Shown here: piece after piece, positions 19,381 to 29,622 of the stretch
Layout: the number at the start of each line of letters is the position of its first letter
How positions within the stretch are numbered: the stretch's first letter is position 1
Assembly: GCA_902542855.1 (NCBI GenBank)
Contig: CACBWE010000002.1
Span: 118-64,117, forward strand
DNA from: an uncultured Pelagibacteraceae bacterium
GTDB lineage: Bacteria; Pseudomonadota; Alphaproteobacteria; Pelagibacterales; Pelagibacteraceae
Reading direction: 5' to 3'
Length of the DNA: 64,000 nucleotides
The notes under the pieces: generated by a model
What the model was told of the DNA's origin: nothing
The model's input: only the letters and a program-made list of their open reading frames with translations
The model's database searches: none
Translations under genes and position numbers: made by a program

Positions 19381-20916
19381 TTAAAGCTTGTTATCTTCCA
19401 TTGCTACACCAACAGAGTAAGCTTTTCTTACATTATCTTTTCCTACTCTATTAAGTATATCTTCCCACTGCTTAGCAGCTTCGTCTAAGGCAGCTTGTGG
19501 TGATAACTGTCCAGCTAAAGCTTTTGCTGCAGCTGTAGCTAATGCAGCGTTAAACTCAAATGTACCCGGAACTCTTAAAGGAAAAACTCTATTTTTACTT
19601 TCCTCCATTTGAGCTAAGGTATCAACATATGATTGAGCAATATCTTTATCCCAACCAATTTGAGTCCAAACATCCGCTTTAAAGTCATCATTTCTAAATG
19701 GGTTAACTCCGAAACGACCAATACCTATGTCGGCTTGGTGATTTGCTTCGTTTGCAAAGAAACATAAGTAATCAAAAGCCATTTCTTTTTCTTTACTTTT
19801 CTTAGCAACGCCAACTGCCCATCCCCACACGAAGAAAGGAGCTTGGTTAAATCCTTCATCCCAAGAGTTAGTTGTTCTATTCCAAACTTTCATTGCGCCT
19901 GGTAATTGAGCGGCACCAACTTTATTGTTTATTGGGCTATCAGGTTGCATAGCAGCAACAAATGCATCATCCCATGAAAAACTAAACAAAGTTTGTCCTC
20001 CACCAAATGATCCAATTTCATCACCTAGACCAAAGTTTATTCCTCCTGGAGGAACATATTTAGTAGCTGCAACCCAGTCGGTTAAAGCTTCCACAAAACC
20101 TGGATTATTAATTAATGGTTTCATAGTTTTTAAATCAAAGAAAAAACCACCTGGAGTTTTAGGATTTTTTGAATAAGCGGCAGATCTTGAATAAAAAGCT
20201 GCATACATCAAGTCATCTTTTTTCATAACCTCTGCAGATCCATATTCTTTTTCGCCATCACCATCCCAATCCCAACCATTAAAGTATGCAGCCATTTCTC
20301 CATACTCTTTCCATGTTTGCGGGACTCTTAACTCTTTACCAGTATCAGCTTTGTATTTTTTTTGATACTTAGGATTGTCAATTACGTCTTTTCTGTATTT
20401 TAAATAGTGTCTGTCACCATCAACTGGAAACTGATACATAACACCATCCCAAGATGCTATACCAATGTGAGATGGAGTAACGTCTTGCATTTGTTTCATC
20501 TCAACATATTTTTTTGGAACTGGCTCTAAGTATCTTTTCCAATCATTAATAAAGTTTGAAAATCCAAAAACTATATCATATGGAGCTTGACCTGCTTGAA
20601 ATGGAACCATAGCTTTTGCATACAAATCACCAGCAGGTGTATGTGTTACATCAACTTTTGCTCCTGTAAGTTTAGCAAATTGCTCAGCATGTAAAGCAGT
20701 TGGTTCTCCCATAACTGGAACAGCATGTGTATTTATTTTAAGTGTCTTACCTTTGTAATTTTTCTTAGACATAGACTCGTAAGAACACTCACCTGGAATA
20801 TCTCCAGTAGCCTTGATATGTGGAAACTGATCGCTCCACTTATCTGCATACGCGACTGGACTAAATACCAACAAAGCTGATATAAGAGCAGTTACGCAAG
20901 TTTTTATTGTCTTCAT
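19381..20916 (-). CDS. Carbohydrate/polyol ABC substrate-binding protein
   Basis: Signal peptide (AYA), VPQTWKEY family-1 SBP motif, SPQAALDEAA C-terminus. Confidence 0.9.
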   Translation of the reverse strand: MKTIKTCVTALISALLVFSPVAYADKWSDQFPHIKATGDIPGECSYESMSKKNYKGKTLKINTHAVPVMGEPTALHAEQFAKLTGAKVDVTHTPAGDLYAKAMVPFQAGQAPYDIVFGFSNFINDWKRYLEPVPKKYVEMKQMQDVTPSHIGIASWDGVMYQFPVDGDRHYLKYRKDVIDNPKYQKKYKADTGKELRVPQTWKEYGEMAAYFNGWDWDGDGEKEYGSAEVMKKDDLMYAAFYSRSAAYSKNPKTPGGFFFDLKTMKPLINNPGFVEALTDWVAATKYVPPGGINFGLGDEIGSFGGGQTLFSFSWDDAFVAAMQPDSPINNKVGAAQLPGAMKVWNRTTNSWDEGFNQAPFFVWGWAVGVAKKSKEKEMAFDYLCFFANEANHQADIGIGRFGVNPFRNDDFKADVWTQIGWDKDIAQSYVDTLAQMEESKNRVFPLRVPGTFEFNAALATAAAKALAGQLSPQAALDEAAKQWEDILNRVGKDNVRKAYSVGVAMEDNKL

Positions 20917-20939
20917 CTTCCTTTCCTCTCTTTTGTTAT

Positions 20940-22001
20940 TTATGGAACTAACACTGCACGACCTTTGACTTTTCCATCATTAAGATCATGTAGCGCTTTG
21001 TTAGCATCGTCTAATTTATATTCTTGCATTGACAACTTAACCTTTCCTCTGTCAGCTAACTCCATCAATTCATATAATTCAGACCACGTTCCTACTAAAT
21101 TTCCAATTATGTTTCTTTCAGATATAATTACATCAACAGCGAGTATTTTTATTTCCTCACCATAACCAACTATGTAAAAGAAACCACCGTTAGCGGTCAT
21201 ATTAAGACCCATTGATGTTGAACCTTTTTCTCCTACAAAATCTATAACAGCTTCTGCACCAACACCTTTTGTTATTTCCTTAACTTTTTCAACCTCGTTT
21301 CCATCAATAATTACTCCATGATCTCCTCCAAGTTCCATTGCATGTTTTAAAGCTTTTTCAGATTTTTCAACGATAATAATATCTGCTGCACACATTGCTT
21401 TTAAACATTGAATTGCGATATGACCTAAACCTCCAGCACCTATCACCACACAACTTTGACCAGGAAGTAAGTGTCTTGTCGCCTTTTTAACAACTCTATA
21501 GGCTGTTAAGCCTGCATCAGAAAAAGGAGCCACGTCTTTGGGAGCTAAGACTTTTGGCAATTTAATTAAGTTTCTAACACTTGTTTTTAAAAGTTCTGAA
21601 TATCCACCTTCTTTAATACTTAATCCCGGAAATGCACCTGCTGCTGCATGCATATCATTACCTCTTCTACAATCTAAACATGTTCCATCTGTTCCTGAAA
21701 TTAAAGGGTGCAAAATTACTGGATCCCCTTTTTTAAATTCTGTTACATCTTTTCCCACATCTTCTATCCAGCCTGCATTTTCATGACCCATAACGCAAGG
21801 GAGTAATTTTCCATCCGGGTCTTGAATATGTTTCCACACACCTTCTATAATATGTAAATCAGTTCTACAAACACCTGCAGCTCCAATTTTAACAATTACA
21901 TCGCTGGCTTTCTCTATTTTTGGATTTGGTAACTCTTCACCTGTGACCCAAACTTTTTCTTTCATCTCTGGGTCATACTTATGTAAAACCTGTGCTTTCA
22001 T
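20940..22001 (-). CDS. Zn-dependent (MDR) alcohol/polyol dehydrogenase
   Basis: GVCRTD, GHE, SDAGLTAY, GAGGLG, GRAVLVP. Confidence 0.92.
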   Translation of the reverse strand: MKAQVLHKYDPEMKEKVWVTGEELPNPKIEKASDVIVKIGAAGVCRTDLHIIEGVWKHIQDPDGKLLPCVMGHENAGWIEDVGKDVTEFKKGDPVILHPLISGTDGTCLDCRRGNDMHAAAGAFPGLSIKEGGYSELLKTSVRNLIKLPKVLAPKDVAPFSDAGLTAYRVVKKATRHLLPGQSCVVIGAGGLGHIAIQCLKAMCAADIIIVEKSEKALKHAMELGGDHGVIIDGNEVEKVKEITKGVGAEAVIDFVGEKGSTSMGLNMTANGGFFYIVGYGEEIKILAVDVIISERNIIGNLVGTWSELYELMELADRGKVKLSMQEYKLDDANKALHDLNDGKVKGRAVLVP

Positions 22002-22031
22002 AGTTTACTCTCCCATTAAATTTAAAACATC

Positions 22032-22060
22032 ATTAAAAAATTAATCGGATCAGGAGTCAA
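22032..22060 (-). promoter_or_regulatory. Putative sigma70 promoter of the adh-ABC operon
   Basis: TTGACT-N17-TTTAAT upstream of a GGGAG RBS. Confidence 0.65.
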
Positions 22061-22099
22061 TGCCACTTTTAAACTTTCAAATATTTAATAAATTCAACT

Positions 22100-22217
22100 C
22101 AAAGTAGAAGAGATCCATTTAAAAACTATATTTTAGAGGTGCTAGAAACAATACTGCTGGCGCAATTTCTTCAATATCTGCGTATCTTTTAAGAGGAATG
22201 GCCTTCAATAAATTTAA
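22100..22217 (-). pseudogene. Remnant of the 3' end of a short-chain dehydrogenase/reductase gene
   Basis: Translates to LLKAIPLKRYADIEEIAPAVLFLA; after a 1-nt frameshift it reads SFLNGSLLL. This is the typical SDR C-terminus, with no N-terminal part. Confidence 0.7.
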
Positions 22218-23132
22218 TTAATCAATTGGATAATCCCAAGCGCTGCCACCTATAACTTTAGAAATCGCTGAAAAATCTTTAGTATCATTTCCTTCTTTGC
22301 AAAATTGGTCATAAATTTCAAGAGCCATTTTTCCTAATGGTGTTTCAGCATTTACGCTTTTCGCACAATCATTTGCAAGTTTAAGATCTTTATTCATCAT
22401 TCCTGCAGAAAAACCTGGACGATAATTATTATTTGAAGGCGTGCCATCGATTAAACCAGGTAAAGGTGGATAAACAGAAATCGGCCAACTGTTACCTGAT
22501 GCATTTTTCATAATTTCATGAACTTTTTTAATATCTATATTTAACCTTTTTGCTAACATTAGCGACTCTGAAGCAGCAATCATTGCAATACCTAGAGCCA
22601 TATTGTTACAAATTTTGGCACCATTCCCACTACCTAAATCACCTGCATGAAATATATTTTTTCCCATGATTTTTAATAAAGGAAGCGCTTTTTTAAATGC
22701 TTCTTTTGATCCACCAACCATTATATTTAAAGTTGCTTTTTGTGCTCCCATTACTCCACCACTAACTGGTGCATCAATCATTTCAATTCCATTTTCAGAA
22801 GCTTTTTTTCCAATTTCAATAGAAGTTTGAATATCAATTGTTGAGCAATCAATTAACAAACAGTTTTTTGAAACTTTATTTATTATTCCGCTTTCTCCTA
22901 AATAAACATCCTTTGAATGTTTACCTTCTGGAAGCATGGTTATCACTGTTTCAACATCAGCTGTATTTAAATCATTTAAATTTTCAATTGTTTCAAGATT
23001 TTTATATCTTGCAATTTCCAGCATTTTTTTCGAGACATCAAAAACTTTGACTGATTTACCTGCCTTCATTAAATTTTCAGCCATTGGACAACCCATGTTG
23101 CCAACGCCAATGAAAGCAATCGATTGAGACAT
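22218..23132 (-). CDS. mmsB: 3-hydroxyisobutyrate dehydrogenase
   Basis: FIGVGNMG, DAPVSGG, AKICNN, MNKDLKLA. Confidence 0.9.
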   Translation of the reverse strand: MSQSIAFIGVGNMGCPMAENLMKAGKSVKVFDVSKKMLEIARYKNLETIENLNDLNTADVETVITMLPEGKHSKDVYLGESGIINKVSKNCLLIDCSTIDIQTSIEIGKKASENGIEMIDAPVSGGVMGAQKATLNIMVGGSKEAFKKALPLLKIMGKNIFHAGDLGSGNGAKICNNMALGIAMIAASESLMLAKRLNIDIKKVHEIMKNASGNSWPISVYPPLPGLIDGTPSNNNYRPGFSAGMMNKDLKLANDCAKSVNAETPLGKMALEIYDQFCKEGNDTKDFSAISKVIGGSAWDYPID

Positions 23133-23133
23133 T

Positions 23134-24087
23134 TTAATTTACTTTATTTTTACAATTTCCAGTTTTGAAGAACTCATCAAGATTATCTATTGCTAAATTT
23201 GCCATAGCAGTACGAGTATCTTTAGTTGCACTACCTAGGTGTGGAAGTATAAATGCACTTTTGTGATTTAGATAACCTGGATTTAAATTAGGTTCATTTT
23301 TATATACATCTAATCCTACTGCATAAACTTTTCTTCTTTCTAAAGCATCTATCATAGCTTCGTCATCAACAATATCCCCTCTAGCAACGTTTGTAACAAT
23401 CGCACCTTTAGGTAAATATTCTATTGTCTCTTTATTAATCATATCAATCGTTTCTTTAGAAGCTGGACAACAAATCGACAAAACATCTGAAACTGACAAT
23501 AAGCCTTTTAAGGTATCATGATACGTTGCACCTTGTTCTTTATCTTCGTTTAGTTTTGATCGATTGTGATAATGAATAATCATTCCTAAAGACTTTGCAA
23601 CTTTAGCAATTTTTTGGCCAATTCTTCCCATTCCTAAAATACCTAACCTTGAGCCAGTCAATTGTTTACCAATAAGGTAATCAGCTGACCACTTCCATCC
23701 TCCCTGTCTTGCGCTTTCAATTCCTTCAGAGGCTCTTCTACAAGCTCCAAGTATTAGGAGAATACCAATTTCTGCTGTTGCATCTGTTAAAACATCAGGT
23801 GTATTTGTAACAGCTATTTTTCTTTTTTTTGCTGCTTCTAAATCTATATTTCCGAATCCGACTGCAAAATTTGAAATTATTTTTACACTCTCGGGTAATT
23901 TATTAATTGTTTCCGCGTCCATTTTATCTGTTAATGAAGTTAAAATTCCATCACATCCTTGACTCATTTCAACTACCTTGTTTTGAGAATATAACTCATC
24001 GTTGTCATTAAAATTTGCTTTAAAAATTTTTGATGCTTTTTCTTCACAAGATCTTAATAACCTTCTAGTAATAAGGATTTTTTTCAT
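23134..24087 (-). CDS. D-2-hydroxyacid dehydrogenase (glyoxylate/hydroxypyruvate reductase-like)
   Basis: TNTPDVLTDATAE, GMGRIG, NVARG, GLDVY, PHLGSAT. Confidence 0.9.
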   Translation of the reverse strand: MKKILITRRLLRSCEEKASKIFKANFNDNDELYSQNKVVEMSQGCDGILTSLTDKMDAETINKLPESVKIISNFAVGFGNIDLEAAKKRKIAVTNTPDVLTDATAEIGILLILGACRRASEGIESARQGGWKWSADYLIGKQLTGSRLGILGMGRIGQKIAKVAKSLGMIIHYHNRSKLNEDKEQGATYHDTLKGLLSVSDVLSICCPASKETIDMINKETIEYLPKGAIVTNVARGDIVDDEAMIDALERRKVYAVGLDVYKNEPNLNPGYLNHKSAFILPHLGSATKDTRTAMANLAIDNLDEFFKTGNCKNKVN

Positions 24088-24095
24088 GTTGAGGA

Positions 24096-25469
24096 TCAGT
24101 TTAAATCAAAAATTTTTCCAGGATTCATTATGTTGTTCGGATCTAATGTTTTTTTAATCGATTTCATAACTGGAATACTGTCAGGATGCTGTTCAAGTAA
24201 ATATTCTTTTTTGTGAAGCCCAACTCCGTGTTCCCCAGTTATAGTACCTTCAAGTTCTAAAGCTTTTCTAATTAGAGTTCCGTTAAATGCTCTTAATTGT
24301 TTGTACATTTCTTTTTTTGCAGGATCGTAAGGTAATACCACATGGAAATTCCCATCTCCCATATGACCTACCATTGGAGCTCTTACCCCAAATTCTTTTG
24401 CTTTTTCCTCTGCAAATTTTACACATTCAGTTATTTTTGAAATTGGAACACATACATCTGTTGAATAAACTCTTCCATTATTATTTAGGGCTTTAACAGA
24501 ATAATAAACGTCCCATCTTGCCTGCCAAAGTTTATTTCTGTCTTCTAGGTCTTTAGCCCATTTAAATGAACTACCATTATTATCCTTTGATAGTTCCTCA
24601 ACAATTTTAATATTTTCTTTGTTCGATAACTCAGATCCATGAAATTCAAAAAATAAGGTCGGTACCGGTTCAATGTCTTTTAATTTAGAATAATTAATAG
24701 AGATACCCATCTGATCTGCGTTGAGCATTTCAATTCTTGCAATTGGTACACCATATTGAATAACCTGTTGAGCAGTCGTTACTGCATCTTCTAAGCAAGG
24801 GAAATGACATACTGCACTCATTATACTTTCGGGTATAGGAGATAGTCTTAAGTGAACTTCAGTAATAATACCTAGCGTTCCTTCTGATCCGACAAATAGA
24901 TTGGTTAAATTATAACCTGCAGAAGTTTTTTTAGTTCTGCCACCTGTGTTTATAATGTCTCCATTTGGTAATACTACGGTTAGACCAGAAATAACTGTTT
25001 TCATGGTCCCATATTTTACTGCCATAGTTCCTGAGGCGGAAGTGGATGCCATACCTCCTAAAGCAGCGTTTGCTCCTGGGTCTATAGGGAAAAAAACACC
25101 ATCTTCTCTAAGATGTTCATTCAGTTGTTCTCTTGTTACGCACGCCTGAACTCTGCAATCAAAATCTTCAGTATTTACACTTAAAATTTTATTCATTTTT
25201 TCTAGACAAATAGTTATTCCATTTTCATTTCCTACAACATTGCCCTCTAAAGATGTACCTGTTCCATATGGAACTACTGGAACTTTATGCTCGTTACAAA
25301 GTTTTAGTATTTTTGACACCTCTTCATTAGTTTCTGGAAAAACTACCGCTTTTGATAAAATTGGATCGTAAGTATCCTCGCCTCTCGCATAATTACCACG
25401 AGCGGACTCTGACGTTGAATATCTACTGTTTAATAGACTTTTTAATTCTGTTTCAACTTGTTGGTTCAT
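24096..25469 (-). CDS. FAD-linked oxidase (D-lactate dehydrogenase/GlcD family)
   Basis: GTGTSLEG, GSEGTLG, HMGDGNFH, GEHGVG, MNPGK. Confidence 0.9.
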   Translation of the reverse strand: MNQQVETELKSLLNSRYSTSESARGNYARGEDTYDPILSKAVVFPETNEEVSKILKLCNEHKVPVVPYGTGTSLEGNVVGNENGITICLEKMNKILSVNTEDFDCRVQACVTREQLNEHLREDGVFFPIDPGANAALGGMASTSASGTMAVKYGTMKTVISGLTVVLPNGDIINTGGRTKKTSAGYNLTNLFVGSEGTLGIITEVHLRLSPIPESIMSAVCHFPCLEDAVTTAQQVIQYGVPIARIEMLNADQMGISINYSKLKDIEPVPTLFFEFHGSELSNKENIKIVEELSKDNNGSSFKWAKDLEDRNKLWQARWDVYYSVKALNNNGRVYSTDVCVPISKITECVKFAEEKAKEFGVRAPMVGHMGDGNFHVVLPYDPAKKEMYKQLRAFNGTLIRKALELEGTITGEHGVGLHKKEYLLEQHPDSIPVMKSIKKTLDPNNIMNPGKIFDLN

Positions 25470-25507
25470 AAATCTTAATATTATTAAAAAAAATAAAAAA
25501 ATACAGC

Positions 25508-26674
25508 TTATTTAGAAAGCATCTTGCCTATATTTTCTAATGCCTGCTGTATATTATCTCTAGATGCAGCAAAACTAAATCTTACATAATCTTGGCAAGT
25601 TTTACCAAAAGCTGTGCCTGGGACAATCGCAACTCCAGCTTCATGCATAGCTTTTTTGCAAAATTCAGAACCATTCATGCCTGTTCCTATTACTTTTGGA
25701 AATGCGTAAAATGCTCCACCAGGTAAACTACACTCTATTCCAGGTAAATCATTTAATCCTTTATGTATTAAATTTCTTCTCAAAGTAAATTTATCTAGCA
25801 TGTCTTTAATCGAGTCATCTGGGCCATCTAAAGCTGCTATACCTGCAAATTGAGCAGCAGCATTTACACAAGATACACTATTTATTAATAATTTATTAAC
25901 ATGTGGGATCATTTCTTTAGGCCAATAACTCCATCCTAACCTCCAACCAGTCATCGAATATGCTTTACTCCATCCCTCTAAAACTATTAACCTTTCTTTT
26001 AAAGCTTCATAATGAAAAAATGATGGCATTTCTTTGTAATCAAAAATTTGTCTACTATAAATTTCATCACTTAAAATAGTAACATGTGGATGTTTTTCTA
26101 ATTCTTTAGCAAAATAATCGATTACAGGTTTTTCAACAAAACTACCTGTTGGATTGTTTGGATTAATTAAAATTAACAATCTAGTTTTATCAGTAATTAA
26201 AGATAATATTTTATCTGGGTCAAATTTAAGATCTTTATCTTCAGTAAGGTCATATGGAACAGGTGTAGAACCAGTATAATTGATCATTGATTCATAAATT
26301 GGAAATGCAGGTGTAGGATGAATTATTTCTGCTCCTGGTTCACCAAAACATTGTATGGCATAACTCATAGTTGGTTTTCCACCAGGCATTATTAAAATTC
26401 TTTCAGGATCAATATTGGTGTTATATTGTTTTTTTATCCATCTTGTAACAGCCTCTCTACATTCTGGTATTCCATTAGACATTACGTATCCATGATGTCC
26501 ATCATCTAATGCTTTTTTCGCAGCTTCAACTACATGCTTAGGTGTTTTAAAGTCTGGTTGACCTAGTCCTAAATGAATCATAGGATGTCCTTTTGCCTCT
26601 AATGCTTTAGCCTCCGCTAAGACACTAAACGCTGACTCAGTTCCTAAATTTTCTAAATTTTTTGCAAGTATCAT
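25508..26674 (-). CDS. PLP-dependent aminotransferase class I/II
   Basis: GQPDF, NPNNPTG, SDEIY, SKAYSMTGWRLG. Confidence 0.93.
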   Translation of the reverse strand: MILAKNLENLGTESAFSVLAEAKALEAKGHPMIHLGLGQPDFKTPKHVVEAAKKALDDGHHGYVMSNGIPECREAVTRWIKKQYNTNIDPERILIMPGGKPTMSYAIQCFGEPGAEIIHPTPAFPIYESMINYTGSTPVPYDLTEDKDLKFDPDKILSLITDKTRLLILINPNNPTGSFVEKPVIDYFAKELEKHPHVTILSDEIYSRQIFDYKEMPSFFHYEALKERLIVLEGWSKAYSMTGWRLGWSYWPKEMIPHVNKLLINSVSCVNAAAQFAGIAALDGPDDSIKDMLDKFTLRRNLIHKGLNDLPGIECSLPGGAFYAFPKVIGTGMNGSEFCKKAMHEAGVAIVPGTAFGKTCQDYVRFSFAASRDNIQQALENIGKMLSK

Positions 26675-26778
26675 AATTTTAAAATCGAAAATTAAACGAA
26701 AAGTTGACTAATGTCTATTCAAGATTTTTAAATAACTTGTTTTAGGTTTGTTCAATAATCCTTACAATTACTTATTGA

Positions 26779-27930
26779 TTAATTACGGTAGATTATTTTT
26801 GACGCATCTAAATCTTTAATTTTTTTGCATCCCATTAAAATCATATTCCTTCTAATTTCTTTTTGCATGTTATCCAATAACCTTTCAACTCCTTTTTGTC
26901 CACCAGCACCTAAACTAAAAAGGAATGCTTTTCCAAAACTACATGCTGTTGCACCTGCGGCTAACGCTTTTAGCACATGCGTTCCTCTTCTTACTCCGCC
27001 ATCTAAAATTATTTCTAGTTTATCACCAACCGCATCTGAAATTGCTTTTACTTGATCGAAAGGAGATCTAGATCCATCTAACTGTCTTCCTCCATGGTTC
27101 GAAATCATTATTGAGGTACAACCAATATCAATTGCTTTCTTGGCATCTTCAACAGACATAACTCCTTTTAGTGCCATTGGTTTGTTCCATTTTTTTATAC
27201 AATACTCAGCATCTTTCCAGTTCATCGCAGGATCATACTGTTCATTTATATAATCCATTACTGATTTAGCAATATTTGTACCTTTATCAGTTTTATTTTT
27301 TATGTTTGCCAACTCAAATTTTTTATTTGTAAAATATTTAAAAACCCAACCTGGCCTCATAGCAAAACTTAATAAACTATCCAAAGTAAATTTCGGTGGC
27401 GTTGTAAATCCAGTTCTATGATCTCGTTCTCTATTACCTGCTACGAGTGTATCTACCGTGATACACATGCCGTCAAAATTTGCCCTTGTACATCTCTCAA
27501 TTAAATCATCTGTAATTGATTTATCTTTATGAATATAAAGCTGAAAAAGTTTTGGACCACTTGAAATATTTGCTACTTCCTCAATTGAAAATGATGCCAT
27601 AGTTGACATGCTATAAATAGTATCAAACTTTTCAGCAGCCCTAGCAGATGCTTTGTCACCTTCAGGATCATACAAACTTTGCATTGCTGTTGGTGATAAA
27701 AATAATGGCATGCTTATTTTTCTTCCAAAAACTGTAGTTGATAAATCTGGCTCTCCAACACTGTTAAGAATACTTGGAACTAAATCACAATCATTAAACG
27801 CCTCAGTATTTCTATTTAGCGTAACCTCGTCATCTGCACCACCATCAATGTAATGAAAGATAGGAGCTGGTAATTTTTTCTTTGCTAATTTTCTAAAGTC
27901 TTCAAAGTTATAACAATCACTTATTTTCAT
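26779..27930 (-). CDS. lldD: FMN-dependent alpha-hydroxy acid dehydrogenase (L-lactate/glycolate), copy 1
   Basis: YIDGGA, FQLY, TVD, SNHGGRQLDG, DGGVRRG. Confidence 0.85.
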   Translation of the reverse strand: MKISDCYNFEDFRKLAKKKLPAPIFHYIDGGADDEVTLNRNTEAFNDCDLVPSILNSVGEPDLSTTVFGRKISMPLFLSPTAMQSLYDPEGDKASARAAEKFDTIYSMSTMASFSIEEVANISSGPKLFQLYIHKDKSITDDLIERCTRANFDGMCITVDTLVAGNRERDHRTGFTTPPKFTLDSLLSFAMRPGWVFKYFTNKKFELANIKNKTDKGTNIAKSVMDYINEQYDPAMNWKDAEYCIKKWNKPMALKGVMSVEDAKKAIDIGCTSIMISNHGGRQLDGSRSPFDQVKAISDAVGDKLEIILDGGVRRGTHVLKALAAGATACSFGKAFLFSLGAGGQKGVERLLDNMQKEIRRNMILMGCKKIKDLDASKIIYRN

Positions 27931-27935
27931 GATTA

Positions 27936-29087
27936 TTATTTTCTGAATCTTAAATTACTTCTATTTAAATCACTAATTTTAGTACAACCCATTAACTTCA
28001 TGTCTCTTACTAGCTCAGATTTATACTTCTCTAAAGCTCTTTCCACACCTGCTTGTCCAGCTGCTGCTAAAGCATATAAATATAGTCTACCACCAGAACA
28101 TGCTTTTGCACCTAATGATAATGCTTTAAGCATATGAGTTCCTCTATGAATTCCTCCCTCACAGATTACATCCAGCTTGTCACCAACTGCATCAACAATT
28201 TCAGCAAGTTGATCAAATGGTGATCTTGATCCATCAAGTTGTCTTCCTCCATGGTTTGAAACCATTATTCCTGTGCATCCAATATCTACAGCTCTCTTAG
28301 CATCTTCAACACTCATAATTCCTTTTAAAGCAAAATGACCTCCCCATTTAGAGCAAAGTTGTTCAGCATCTTTCCAGTTCATTGATTGATCCAGCATTGT
28401 AGAGAAGTAATTTCCAATTGAAGAATTTGTGCTTGTACCCTCTTTTACAAAATCTTGAAGATGAGGTAATTCGAACTTACCTTTTGTTAAATAATTTATC
28501 CCCCACATTGGCTTTGTTGCAAAACTAAATAAACTTGATAGTGTTAGTTTTGGTGGTGAAGTAAATCCTGTCCTCAAATCTCTTTCCCTATTTCCTCCTG
28601 TAATCGTATCAACCGTTAGAGCCATGACATCAAAATTAGCTGCTTTTGCTCTTTCCAAACACGAATCGTTTAGTCCTCTATCTTTATGAAAATAAAACTG
28701 AAACATTTTTGGCGTATCAATAAGTGAGGAAATTTCCTCAACACTTACTGTTGCTAATGCCGATACCCCAAACATAGTATTATATTTCTTAGCAGCTTTA
28801 CCTACGGCTCTTTCACCATCGTAATGAAATAATCTTTGTAGAGCAGTAGGTGATAAATAAAAAGGTAAATCTAATTTCTTTCCAAATATTGTAGTGGATA
28901 AATCAACATTCTCTACACCTCTTAGAACATTTGGCACTAAATCAACATCATCAAATGCACTTGTATTTCTAGCGTAAGTAATTTCATCATCTGCAGCACC
29001 GTCAATGTAATGAAATATTGGCGATGGTAATTTCTTCTTTGCTAACTTTCTAAAATCACTAAAGTTATGGCAATCTTTTAAGTTCAT
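27936..29087 (-). CDS. lldD: FMN-dependent alpha-hydroxy acid dehydrogenase, copy 2
   Basis: Same motifs (SNHGGRQLDG); EGGIHRG variant. Confidence 0.85.
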   Translation of the reverse strand: MNLKDCHNFSDFRKLAKKKLPSPIFHYIDGAADDEITYARNTSAFDDVDLVPNVLRGVENVDLSTTIFGKKLDLPFYLSPTALQRLFHYDGERAVGKAAKKYNTMFGVSALATVSVEEISSLIDTPKMFQFYFHKDRGLNDSCLERAKAANFDVMALTVDTITGGNRERDLRTGFTSPPKLTLSSLFSFATKPMWGINYLTKGKFELPHLQDFVKEGTSTNSSIGNYFSTMLDQSMNWKDAEQLCSKWGGHFALKGIMSVEDAKRAVDIGCTGIMVSNHGGRQLDGSRSPFDQLAEIVDAVGDKLDVICEGGIHRGTHMLKALSLGAKACSGGRLYLYALAAAGQAGVERALEKYKSELVRDMKLMGCTKISDLNRSNLRFRK

Positions 29088-29098
29088 AATCGTTATTT

Positions 29099-29614
29099 CT
29101 AGAAGTTTTTAAAGAAATTAAACATATAACTATTTGCCCCAGGATTTTTATCTCCTAAGCTTGCATTGGATATATGATTATAAGAAAAACCTAATTCACT
29201 TGTTTTTGATAAATCAAGTGAAATTTGCAACTCACTTTTAAATTCAATTAAATGACCTAAGTCTTTACCATCACCCTCATGGTATATTCCTGGAGTGAAG
29301 CTTGGAGTAAGATTTAAAACTCCCAATTTATATTGAGCTTGAACACCTGTATAAATATATCCTGCATTATCTCCTGTAATTAAGAATCCAGTTATAGGAG
29401 AAAGATTTCCTAAAAAAGTATCTCTATTTAAATTTTCATTTTGATGTTGAAAACCAATTAAAGTTGATTTTTTTCCATCATCACTAAAATCAAACATTCC
29501 TGTGTAAACACTGAATTCTGTATTTTGATCTTTTAAAAATTTTTCCTCCGCAATGGAAGAAAATGCGAATGTGATCATTAACAGATTGATTAAAAATTTT
29601 TTCAAATTCATCAC
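29099..29614 (-). CDS. Lipid A 3-O-deacylase PagL-like outer-membrane protein
   Basis: Signal peptide, HISNASLGDKNPGANS motif, terminal Phe. Confidence 0.8.
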   Translation of the reverse strand: MMNLKKFLINLLMITFAFSSIAEEKFLKDQNTEFSVYTGMFDFSDDGKKSTLIGFQHQNENLNRDTFLGNLSPITGFLITGDNAGYIYTGVQAQYKLGVLNLTPSFTPGIYHEGDGKDLGHLIEFKSELQISLDLSKTSELGFSYNHISNASLGDKNPGANSYMFNFFKNF

Positions 29615-29622
29615 TAATTAAT

